A stretch of DNA of 64,000 nucleotides from Eledone cirrhosa (taxonomy: Eukaryota), in assembly GCA_964016885.1 (NCBI GenBank), contig OZ024750.1:50840001-50904000 (forward strand). The letters run 5' to 3'. Of the stretch, positions 38,833-53,404 are shown in pieces. Under the pieces are notes generated by a model. That model was not told the origin of the DNA. It searched no databases and was given only the letters and a program-made list of their open reading frames with translations. The stretch's first letter is position 1. Each line of letters begins with the position of its first letter. Both the position numbers and the translations under genes were made by a program.

Positions 38833-39063
38833 TAGGGATCCATACAGACATATGTATGAAACACCTACTCAAATTACACTGTGAATATTTCAATCTGTAT
38901 TAGAGTGGCCTCAATATCCATGTTAAAGCATTATATATGTATTTAATGATTATTCCATGCATCTCTACACGAAATATTTATTATCAGAGCCAATCCATTA
39001 TAAATTTATCTATTTTTATAATTTTATAAAAGGTAAATTTTTTTAATACGTGATATTTATTCA

Positions 39064-40339
39064 AGCTGGATACAACATGTATAGTAAAATGTCGGGTTAA
39101 GATATAACCTCATATCGATAGAAGAGTGGGAGATAAAGGAAGAAAGAGAGACTACAACATGAGATGAGAAATGTGAGAGTTATAGAGAGAAAGAAGGGAA
39201 GAGGAGAGAAGAAGACAAAAGCGGAAGCGAAAACGATGGACAGGGCATATGGACAAATACGGAAAAAGGATAAAAATATAGAGAAAGTAAACTAACAAGA
39301 AAAAGAACTTTAGCGTAATATGAATCATCAGCTTCCATCAAGACTAACATAGTTTCTCGCGGGAAAGAGGAAGCACTATGTATAGACGTCTTGCCCACGC
39401 AACAGGACTTACATTTCTGTTGTTCTAACGCTGGAATAGGGGAACAAGCGAGCAGTGAGTCACGTCCACGCCAAGCCGTCGTCGGCAAGAAAATAGGCTG
39501 TTTGGTATTCTGAAGGGAACAGCCGCATCAGTGGGCGATAAGAAAGCGGAAGGAACAGTAGCAACACTGGCAATAGCCCGAGAGGCAATAGCGGGAGAAA
39601 AAGAAATAGATAGAGAGGGGAAAACAGAAAGAGAGACAAAATAGTTCGATAAAGATATAAAGAGTTACCTGTCTCTGGCACCGTATCGGTTTCGATTTAG
39701 AAAGCCAACATCGCTTAAATTATGTATGCAAAAGGTAATTGTAAATGTTTGAACTGATGAGGGTATATGAATATTTATAATATTAGAGTATTCAAAGCGC
39801 GAGTGTTAGCCGTATACTACTGGATATTATATGTATAGTAAAAAGGGCGGTGGATTGGCAGTATCAGTAGAGGGTCGGACGGCATGCTTTCCAGCATAGT
39901 TACGTCCCTTTATGATCTGAGTTCAAATCCCGGGGTCGATAAAATAAAGTACCAGTAATGCACTGGGTTATTGCAGGCCTTGTGCCTAAAGTAGAAACAA
40001 TTATATGTATAGTAAAAATTTGGGTTAAGATATAACCTCATATCAAAAGGAGTGTGGGGAGAGAGGAAGAGAAACTGTTAGTTTTGATGGAAGCTGATGA
40101 TTCATATGGTGCTAAAGAACTTTCTCTTGTTAGTTTACTTTTTCCATCTTTTTATCCCTTTTTCCTATTTCTCCATAAGTCCTAGTCCATCGTTTACCTT
40201 TCCACTTTTCTCTTCTCCTCTTCACATCGTTCTCTCTATAATCCTCACATTTCTCATCTCATGCGCTAAACTCTCTTTCTTCCTTTCTCTCCCACATTCC
40301 CTTAACCCAACTTTTTACTATATATTTAGTACCCAGCTG
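39064..40339. repeat. Diverged inverted repeat (39064-39358, 40069-40339) around a pLTR-like segment with a hammerhead remnant at 39748-39796
   Basis: Arms align by eye. TTTGAA-CTGATGA...GTA-TTCAAA retains stem I but lacks GAAA. Confidence 0.65.
39845..39999 (+). mobile_element. OK-like SINE with internal deletion and 19-bp TSD
   Basis: ATTATATGTATAGTAAAAA at 39826-39844 and 40000-40018. Confidence 0.9.
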
Positions 40340-40432
40340 TTTACGTCTACCTTTCCCCCACTCTTAAGCGTGAACCTAATAGTAACACTTTGTACTGCAC
40401 TTTTCGTTATTCTTTTTGTTTTTTGTTGCAAC

Positions 40433-40903
<471 letters not shown>

Positions 40904-40905
<2 letters not shown>

Positions 40906-41566
40906 AAATAAGAGGAAAGCACAAACGGCGGATATTTCCCATCATTAGTTGTCTGCTGGAGATCACGGACATTTCTACACATGAAAGACAATATGTCCAG
41001 ATCCAGTGCGTCAATAACTATATGAAGTTATGGGGGGGGGGGGGGGAGATAAATATAACAGAAGGTAAAAAAGGTAGAAATAAAGAAAAATAGATACCGA
41101 AGAGGGAAACATGAAAAGCACATGTATGTAAGCAAAGGAAGAGAGAGTAAAGCAAGTCAAAATCACCAACTGGACTTAAGAGCAAGGCTGTTTCGACGGT
41201 GAATCAGAGAGCGAAGAAAACAGGTCTGACCTCCGAAAGAGTTGGTGAAAAAGTGGCACTGACGAGAGAAAAAGCGGAAGCAGCAGGGTAGCTAGCAGAG
41301 AGAGTGAGGTAGGGAGGGAGGGAAAGAAAGGGAAAGAGTTAATAGCAACAAAGCACATAGAGAGAAAGAGAGAACACGTCACAGCAAAAAGTTAATAAAA
41401 TATTTTGGAAGAAACAGGGGTCTCTGTCTTTGCTGGATAAAGTGTATTTAGAAATAAGAGGAAAGCACAAGCGGCTGATATTTCCCATCATCAATTGTCT
41501 GCCAGAGATCACGAACATTTCTACGCTTTAAAGACAATATGTCTAGCTCCAGTGTGTCAATAACTA
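40904..41566 (-). mobile_element. Partial-tandem non-coding element (~546-bp period) bounded by the structured repeat
   Basis: 40904-41020 is repeated at 41450-41566. Confidence 0.65.
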
Positions 41567-41965
41567 CAGGAGGTTTCACACATGCACACACACACACACA
41601 CACACACACATGCACAAAATATATACACATACACACACATACATACACACACACACGCACATATATACATATATATATATCTCCCGTTAGACCTGTACCG
41701 AATTCCTTCCTTGCTCAAATTCCAACCAGGTTTGATGGTCTTTATTCTCTCTCGTTCACTATTTCACCGAACTTATATTCATGGAAATTTGGGACTCACT
41801 TTTCGTTGCTTCACCATCTTTGTTTGTTTACACTCTCGTTGTCCCCTTTATTTACGTGTCCCAACGACTTTTTTTAGCCGTTGCTCGCACCAACCGGTGG
41901 TATATGGTATTTAAAGCGAAGTATACCTGTGATGGTTGGAAGACCACTGATGAAGGACCACTTTA

Positions 41966-42032
<67 letters not shown>

Positions 42033-42859
42033 GAAAAGAAGCAGGAAGTTTCGTCTACACATGAAAAAAAAATTGATTGCGTATCGACATCTGACAGAGA
42101 GGATTGGTTCAAGGTAACCTATAGGAGTTATTGAAACGACTCCAGTATCGATCTGCTCGTCAGACAGGTGATATGACAAAAAAAAATAATGTTGTTGTAG
42201 TATGTGGGCTGAGACGATATATATATACGCATCAGCCCTATTTTGTGAGTGTGTCGGCGTATGTGTGAATTGAGGTTTTATTGGTGGGGCAGCAATGCGA
42301 GTTTGTATACACAAATATTCGCGTGCGTGTTTGCGCGAGTGCGCGATCCTTTAAGGATTCGAATGTATATATGTGCGCGTGTGGGTGTGTTTTGGAATGT
42401 GTTTTGGTCAGTCAAAGACTTTTTTTGGTGTAGACAGGAAGCCAAAAGTAGGGTGACCCTATTGGCGGGGTGTGTGGGGGGTGTCACGCTAGGACGATCC
42501 GGTGCCAGATCATCGTATCATTAAAGACAGTTCAAGTTTTTGTAAAAGAATGAAACAAATTTTATAAAGGGGAATTAATGGAATTGGTAATAGACGAGCA
42601 TAGCCTTAAGGAATACCACGGAATACACAGCCAGATATAGATCTAACACACATGAAATTCATTTAACACTCGTCTCCTACATATAACTCTTTATATGTAT
42701 CTATACACCATCTCTTAACTATTACTGTTGTTATTATTTCTGCTATATATATGTACGTTTGTGTGTGTCGGTGCCAGCGGTGTGTCCACCAGCCCGCGTC
42801 TCCATATAGATGCAGGTGTATGTCTGTTCATACGTGTATATGGGCACGCACACACACAC

Positions 42860-43306
<447 letters not shown>

Positions 43307-43756
43307 AATGGAAAAAATGAAACGAAATTTCATTTCATTTCTCACTCTTAATACGGCTGTTACTTAATTATAAATATGTATACGTACATACATATATGTA
43401 TACAGATGTACAGTAGTATGTATATATATATATATACATACATGCACACATATATATATGTACGTATGGGTTTACCGAGCATTTATTATAATGCTCGGTG
43501 TGTTTGTAAACAAACATCCCGAATTATACACACACGCTCTCATATATATACAGTATATATATATATATATACTGTATATATATATGAGAGTGTGTGTGTA
43601 TATATGTGTGGATCTAAGTATATGTGCGTATGTAAATATATGCACTGATGTGCGTACGTGCGTTGTTGTGTATGTGTGTATGTATGGATATAAACGTGTC
43701 TGTGAGCGTCTCTAAATCTATGCCTGCCTGTCCCTGTCTATCAAATTTCTATATCT

Positions 43757-44343
43757 TACGTCCCTTTACGATCTGAGTTCAAATCCCGGCGAGGTTAACT
43801 TTGCCTTTCATTCTTACGGGGTCGATAAAATAAAGTACCAGTAATTATACTGGGTAATTGCTGGCCTTGTGCCAAAAGTATAAACAATTATTATCATTGT
43901 GGATTGGCAGTATCGGTAGAGGGTCGGACGCCATGCTTTTACGCATAGAGTTAAGGCCCTTGCCATTCTGAGTTCAAATCCCGCCGAGTTTAATTTTGCC
44001 TTTCATGCTTACGAGGTCTATACAATAAAGTACCAGTAATTCACTGGGTAATTCCTGGCCTTGTGCTAAAAGTAGAAACAATTATTATCAGTATTACTTC
44101 CTATCAATATTATCCACACCCTACGGCTGTGGATTGGCAGTATCGATAGAGGGTCGGACGCCATGCTTTGCAGCATAGAGTTACGGCCCTTTATGATCTG
44201 ATTTCAAATCCCGACGAGTTTAAATTTGCCTTTCATCCTTACAGGGTCGATAAAATAAATTACCAGTTACGCACTGGGGTCCATTTAATCGACTTTCCCC
44301 TCCCCAAATATTGCTGGCCTTTGCCTATATAAGAAACAATATT
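43757..44343 (+). mobile_element. Three head-to-tail OK-like SINE copies
   Basis: 43757-43890, 43898-44085, 44125-44340. The last is flanked by a CAATATTATCCACACCC duplication. Confidence 0.9.
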
Positions 44344-46509
44344 ATCCACACCCCCGACCAGCCAATTCTATTCACTCCGATACACTACAAAGCATTCGAT
44401 CCGACGTTCTAACGACTCTGCCAATTCGCCGCCAATAGAGAGCAAGTAGATGGAACAAATGCTGGAAAAACGTTTAATCCAACATTCTAATGACTATATA
44501 TGTACATATGTGTGCGTGTGTTTGTATGTGCACGTGACTATAATTATGTGTGTGTTTGTGTGTAGGATACATCATCATTTAACCCATAGACTAGTTTTAC
44601 ATAGGTACCCAAGTAGGTAGTATTGGGATGTAGTGGATAGGAAGTACTGTTAAGAGCTGAAATTATAATTATGGACATACGACTATATATATATCTACAG
44701 ATCCTACTTATGTTGTAAATCACTTGAAGGCCGCTTGTATCCATTCGTATATCTGCGCTGAAACGATATTTACTTCCGTCACAGTGAATGGTGTTATCTT
44801 GAACATTTATACATCATTTTCATTTTGAGGATAAAATAGTTTTTAGTCAAAGAAAGACGTGTCTCAAGATAACAAGGTAATTTTCTTTGTGAAAACATAT
44901 CAACATTATTTCAAAACATAAACACAATTTCAAAGAGAACGACGTAACATTACACACAAATACATAAAAAATTGAATGATTGGCGAAGACAAGGCCATCG
45001 ACCTTTTTAAGCTAGAACGGATATAAACAGAGATGTCTGAAAGATAGCGGAATTATTTTCAACAGAAGAAAGAACAGACGAGTTAAATGTCGAAAGAGGA
45101 CAGAAAATAAAACAGAGGATGGCAACGCCGGGACATTGTTAGAAGCGACAAAGCCGACATAATAAAATAGTTGCCGGACATGACGATCGAAAGCGAACAG
45201 TATATCATTATTGTTTCTAATGATAATTATAAGTTTTAAGCTTGTGTCTGATTTAGAACATAACATCGCTGATTTATGTAGCATATGTGTAAGTGTCGTG
45301 AGATGCGTAACTAACTCGATCAGATGAGAATATCGACATTGTTTTCTATTTTATTTCATCTTTTTTTTTTTTGTTTTCTTCTTCAAGGTAATCCGAATGA
45401 ATGAAGTGAATCGAAAGCGAACGACTTTAATATTCAGATAAAATACAAGAAAAATAAAGTACGGTGATCGATAAAGACACTGAAGATAACTAAAGATGAA
45501 AAATAATTTTAAAATAACGCTAGTTATGCTATTGAACATATTGGTAATTATTACGATAATAATGATAAAAATGACTTTTAGTAATAGAAAATATTCGAAA
45601 AAGATAGGAGGGTGGGCGGATATGGAAGAGAAAGAGAATGACCATAAGGAAAGTGATATGGATAAAATGTCTACGGTTAGAATAATAGGAGAGATTACAA
45701 GAGACGTGATGATGTAAAGCTCGTATACCATGCATTACACAACAATTGAAGGGAGATAACGACATTGACGTCCAAGATAACAAAAACAAAACAGAGACAG
45801 TTTATAACAATTTGTCTAAAGCTAATTATAATATTTATGGTTCCTATTATAGACTCTTGCAATGATAATACTGATGATGAGTACTAAAACAAAATACATT
45901 TTACAGGAGAGGAGAATATGAGACAAATCTCTTTACTGGGCACATTCCCAGATTGAGATCGCTGTAAGCTATTGAAAACAACAATGATATAGCTGTTAGC
46001 TAAATCGCTACAATATTAAGGGGATTCTCGTATTAAAGAGCTCTATAGTGGATGATAGCGGTGAAATTAATTTAGGAGGAATGCTGCTAACTATATTCAA
46101 AATCTATGGCTGGGTGACAAAAGTGTTTATTGAAATAGCTGAGCTGCTCATTAGGTTTATATAAAGGTTTCTGTGTGTTGTTTTCTAAATTCTGTGGGAC
46201 ATCTAAGGAGTGAATAATTCTGCGATGAGTATGTACATTTACTTTTAGTGGTGAATTAAAGATGTAGCCGTGGATAGCTGATTACCATGATATAAGTCAA
46301 TGCTGGGGTCCACAAACTTATGTTTACTACAGGTGTGTATAAATAAACCGTCATGATGGTATACGGGAAATATGCATGCAAGCTCTCTCCTTTTCATTCA
46401 GGCTAATTCTCAGCAGAAAAACGATGAGGTTCTTGTGGAAATGATTATTTATAGAAAATACACTAGCATACGTTGCCAAGACTAACAATGACAGGCTAGT
46501 GCTGTAGAA

Positions 46510-46888
46510 TTCATTCCTACTTTATTCATCATTCCTACTTTATTCATCATTCCTACTTTATTCATCATTCCTACTTTATTCATCATTCCTAATTTATTCA
46601 TCATTCCTACTTTATTCATCATTCCTACTTTATTCATCATTCCTACTTTATTCATCATTCCTAATTTATTCATCATTCCTACTTTATTCATCATTCCTAC
46701 TTTATTCATCATTCCTACTTCATTCATCATTCCTACTTTATTCATCATTCCTACTTTATTCATCATTCCTACTTTATTCATCATTCCTACTTTATTCATC
46801 ATTCCTAATTTATTCATCATTCCTACTTCATTCATCATTCCTACTTTATTCATCATTCCTACTTTATTCATCATTCCTACTTTATTCA
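46510..46888. repeat. 18-bp minisatellite, ~21 units
   Basis: Unit TTCATCATTCCTACTTTA. Confidence 0.95.
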
Positions 46889-46995
46889 TAACATCATCAC
46901 CGAGAATCAGAATATCGCATGTAAAACTATTCATAGATATTTTGTATAGACAAATCCTGAAATAGACGCCTAAACCTGGATCTCTTTAGCTCCTA

Positions 46996-47940
46996 CTAGC
47001 AGTAAAGCCCGGCGTTGCTCGGGGTCGCTCAGTAGCTGTGTTAAAGTTACAATGTTAAGTTTCTTTCTTGGCTTAAAAACTGTAGTGTCTACTGTGCAGA
47101 CTTGCATGTGGTGTTTTTGATTAATATTCCCTCAACCAACAATATGCCTTATGAAGTTAAGAAAACATAACGATAACCCGAATGTTATAACAAAAGAGGA
47201 TGCTGGGGATAGAAACTGCACTGGTTATTTATTAACAAAGATCGAAAATGTAAACACTGCAACGCAGAGAAAAACATTAGCGTAACCAAATTATCAGTTA
47301 TGTCTGTCTGCACGCCTATATCACCTCTCTGCACGACTGTCTGTCTGCACGCCTATATCACCTCTCTGCACGACTGTCTGTCTGCACGCCTATATCACCT
47401 CTCTGCACGACTGTTTGTCTGCACGCGTATATCACCTCTCTGCACGACTGTCTGTCTGCACGACTGTCTGTCTGCACGACTGTCTGTCTGCACGACTGTC
47501 TGTCTGCACGCCTAACGACGAAATATTTGCTTGTTTTACGTAGTCTTTAAATAGACTTGTTTTCAAGTAAAAATATTGTTTTAAAATGCTTTTAAATGGA
47601 AATGAAGCAAAACGGAAGCTTAGTGTTCGAACTGATGAATTTTGCAGGTCAATATTTTGCTGGCTCGACAACTGTTAAAGCCAGCGTAATTTTTTACGTA
47701 AGACGCTCAATGTAAACAGAACAAAGGGAAATAACTGATAACTTACGCTCAAAAATCGATACATTATATTCGATTTCGTCACATAGGGTGGGTCAATTTG
47801 AAATATTTTTTTCCGATGTCTTCGCTAGGGCTCAATGTACAAGTATAGCAATTTCGGTGCAATTCCGTGAGAGATTCTAAGAGGAGATGTGTGCCAAAAA
47901 TCGATAGACAGACAGACAACCACAGTTTTATATATATAGA
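46996..47940 (-). mobile_element. Non-autonomous Helitron with an internal 32-bp tandem repeat (47300-47512)
   Basis: Minus strand A|TCTATATATATAAAACTG ... CCCGAGC aac GCCGGG ctttactg CTAG|T. AT target, no TSD. Confidence 0.85.
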
Positions 47941-47955
47941 TTATGGTTAACCAAG

Positions 47956-48139
47956 GGCGGTGGATTGGCAGTATCGGTAGAGGGTCGGACGCCATGCTTT
48001 CCAGCATAGTTACGTCCCTTTACGATCTGAGTTCAAATCCCGCCGAGGTTGACTTTGCCTTTCATCCTTACGGGGTCGATAAAATAAAGTACCAGTAATG
48101 CACTGGGTAATTGCTAGCCTTGTGCCTAAAGTAGAAACA
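47956..48139 (+). mobile_element. Full-length OK-like SINE with 16-bp TSD
   Basis: ATTATGGTTAACCAAG at 47940-47955 and 48140-48155. Confidence 0.92.
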
Positions 48140-48343
48140 ATTATGGTTAACCAAGTTGTATTTAGCTAACATACAGATATGTTTAAAAATGATAAATTTT
48201 CATATTGGTAAACGACAATCTCTAGGAGAAAAGTGTTTTCAATTACTAATCGTTCTCGTTATATCGGAGGAATAGGCTGAAGATTTGAACCTTCAAGTAT
48301 ACGATTCAAAAGGTGGAGCGAATACGCTAAATATTATTAGATA

Positions 48344-50194
<1,851 letters not shown>

Positions 50195-50379
50195 TTACGT
50201 ACTTTACTTACTATTGTTGTTCTATCAGTCCACCAATCTAATAGTAATAAATGATTTATACAATAAAAACTCCTAGCAGTAAAGACTTACGCACACACAC
50301 TCACATTATGTATATGGTATATGCATGTAAGTACACATACACACATGTAAATATATATATATATAAAAGTCTAAAGACT

Positions 50380-50597
50380 CTCTTAAGCCAGAAGGCTCAT
50401 TTGGCCGGTGCTTATCCCGGTTTCATGGTGTGAAGCGACTGAGAGTACAATAATCCCCCTAGACAGGACGCCAGTCCATCGCAGGGTTAAACCTCCAGCT
50501 TTTGCTGGTACTCATTTTCAGCTGAGTAAACTCGAGCAACGTGAAATGAAGTGTTTTGCTCAAGAACACAACACACAACCCAGGAATCGAACCCACG
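50380..50597 (-). mobile_element. Second tRNA-derived SINE family (fragments also near 52390-52460 and 59290-59430)
   Basis: Minus strand GGTTCGATTCC B-box followed by GTGTTGTGTTCTTGAGCAAAACACTT. Confidence 0.7.
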
Positions 50598-50818
50598 ACA
50601 TTATGTCTGTATACATATATGTATGTACGTATACATACTTATATTTAAGTATCAGCCGTACTAAGAGTGAGAAATGAAATTTCATTTTTTCCATTTAACG
50701 TTTTCGGTACGCCCGGCCGACTAACTCACCCGATATGCAAATTAGGCTGCTCAGCCGTTAATATGAATAAGGAAAGTATATACTTTCAAACGTTCAATCG
50801 ACTAACAGGAAGGTATAC

Positions 50819-50857
50819 GGTGCTGATGACAGCTATTAAGCTAGAAACTAGTTCATC
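50819..50857 (+). ncRNA. Minimal type I hammerhead (same family as 7146-7188)
   Basis: GGTG-CTGATGA-cAGCT atta AGCTa-GAAA-CTAG-TT-CATC. Confidence 0.75.
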
Positions 50858-51140
50858 ATTCCTTTGTCAGTGTTGAAGAAAAAAGCAACGATGGTTGCCG
50901 AACACTGTACGGCTTAATTCGGGCTGTTTGTTTACAAACAAACCGAACATTATAATGAATGTTAGGTAAACCCATACGTACATATATATATATGTGTGCA
51001 TGTATTTATGTATATACATACTACTGTACATCTGTATACATATGTGTATGTACGTATACATACATATATTTAAGTAACAGCCGTACTAAGAGTGAGAATT
51101 GAAATATCATTTTTTCCATTTATATATATATATATATATA

Positions 51141-51417
51141 ATATAAGATCAAAAGATGGTTAAAGGAGTTCCATATATTTTATTATGCGCATTTCAAAAA
51201 CAAACATCATCATGCAATAATATTTGTGTTTTCATCAGATAAAACATATGATATGTTGATTTAAAACTGCACTATCCACAAGTGCTTTCCAGCCCTCATA
51301 TCATGCTCTCCTGTTTTATCCGACGAAAACACAAATATTATTGCATGATGATGTTTGTTTTTGAAATGCGCACAACAAAATACATGGAACTCCCTTAACC
51401 ATCCTTTGATCCTATAT

Positions 51418-51463
<46 letters not shown>

Positions 51464-52163
51464 ACGTCAAGATGTATATATATATGCATGTACATCTACA
51501 AATTCATACAAATGTGTATGTGTGCATAAATATATATATACATACACATATATATATATACAGACACATATATATATACACACAAACACATATATATACA
51601 CACAAACATATATACACAACAAATTCACAATCGTAAAACTGTCAAAAATTAGTTTCACTTTTGAGACCGCCCGTCTTGACGTATGCCTATATATATATAT
51701 ATATATGTAGGAGGTGAGTTTTATTGTAGTACAATAAAGCAATGCAGATATCGGATAAGAAGCACTCTACAGTTTGTGGGACTGGAGTATGCATAATATA
51801 AGATAAAAAGATGGCCAAAGGAGCTCCATATACTTTACTATGCGCATCTCAAAAACAAACATCATCAAGCAATAATATTTGTGTTTTCGTCGGATAAAAC
51901 AGGAGAGCATGATATGAGGGCTAGAAAGCACTTGTGGATAGTGCAGTTTTAAATCAACATATCATATGTTTTATCTGATGAAAACACAAATATTATTGCA
52001 TGATGATGTTTGTTTTTGAAATGCGCATAATAAAATATATGGAACTCCTTTAACCATCTTTTGATCTTATATTATGCATACTCCAGTCCCACAAACTGTA
52101 GAGTGCTTCTTATCCGATATCTGCATTGCTTTATTGTACTACAATAAAACTCACCTCCTACAT
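51141..52163. mobile_element. Nested palindrome: two oppositely oriented foldback units (51141-51417, 51706-52163) with four hammerhead copies
   Basis: Intact copies at 51176-51246 (-) and 51967-52037 (+): TGTTTTAT-CTGATGA-stem II-GAAA-TGCGCA-TA-ATAAAATA. The inner copies are mutated. Confidence 0.85.
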
Positions 52164-52186
52164 ATATATATATATATATATATATA

Positions 52187-52372
52187 TAGGAACAAGTGAG
52201 ACCCCGACGGCTGAGCTCAAGCCGTTTCGACGGCTGATTCTGAATTAGCCGTCGAAACGGCTTGAGCTCAGCCGTCGGGGTCTTACTTGTTCCTATTACC
52301 CACTCTACTACCCTAAGTATTGAGTACTTTGGTGCGTTATGGTCCACCTTGTTCCTTACCACTTTTCCTTCG
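52187..52372 (+). repeat. Solo foldback of the 3' part of the U3:A8-family pLTR
   Basis: 52187-52240 is inverted against 52242-52295; the remainder matches the reverse complement of 27027-27110. Confidence 0.8.
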
Positions 52373-53077
52373 TTATATATATATAGTAATTGTGAGTTCG
52401 ATTCCTGGACCAGGCGATGCGTTATGTCCTTGAGCAAGACACTTTATTTCACGTTGCTCCTTCTACCTGAAGTTGCGACCGATAGATAGTATTAGCAATT
52501 GGAAAGACCAACGGAAACATTGTTTCCTCGGTCCGATTTGACGAAAAGCGATCGCCTTTAAAAATATGTATGTAAGAATATTCTCGAAACAGCGAGATAT
52601 ACATATATGTGTATGCGTATACGTATATACAAAGTATCTGTCAGACGAAGAGCGTCTAGCTATGTATCTATGTAAGGACCTTGACGCCACCAATACATCC
52701 ACCACATAACCACAAACGCCGCGATCATAGACAACGGCACCACTACCACACCCCCACACACACGCCAACCCGTCTACTGACAATCCACTAACCTCATACC
52801 ACAGCCCATCCCACTAAATAACCATAACCATCACCATATCATCACATCCACCCCCACATACTCTACACGCCAAGGCCAACCCACCACCACCACACCACAG
52901 CCCATCCCATCCACCGACCGTCACCAGCATCTCACCATCACACCCACCCCATATACACTACAGGCCAGTACATCGCCTTGATCCTTCCCACCAATCAAAA
53001 CAACTCATTTTGTCAAACCCTTGAAACTCTGACTTTACCACATAGCATGTATTTCATTTTCTTATAGCATTTTAAGC

Positions 53078-53164
53078 GGGTCCGTCGAGTTGCCGATTAT
53101 TGAGTCGGGTAGGATCGATATAGATCGAACCTTGAGCTGATCAGTGGCGAAACGCGCGTCACCT
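53078..53164 (+). ncRNA. Degenerate hammerhead with long stem II
   Basis: GGGT-CCGTCGA-gttgccgat...atcagtggc-GAAAC-GCGC-GTC-ACCT; two core mutations. Confidence 0.5.
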
Positions 53165-53315
53165 ATCAATAAATGCCATGAAGGAATAATCAATCGTCCT
53201 TTTTATCCTTTCTATATATTACACTCTGTATAGCTCTACACCTCATCACAGAAGTGAACCTGATCATCGAGTGGTCTCCCGGGTGAACCTGCAGTAACTC
53301 CTAGTTACACCCCCT

Positions 53316-53404
<89 letters not shown>

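Noticed and set aside
45907-45963. 57-nt candidate exon (ag|GAGAGG...TCGCT|gtaagc)
   Set aside because: Weak polypyrimidine tract, no recognisable peptide and no neighbouring exons.
47956-48045. tRNA-like A and B boxes
   Set aside because: This is a SINE head with an expanded spacer and TSDs, not a cloverleaf tRNA gene.
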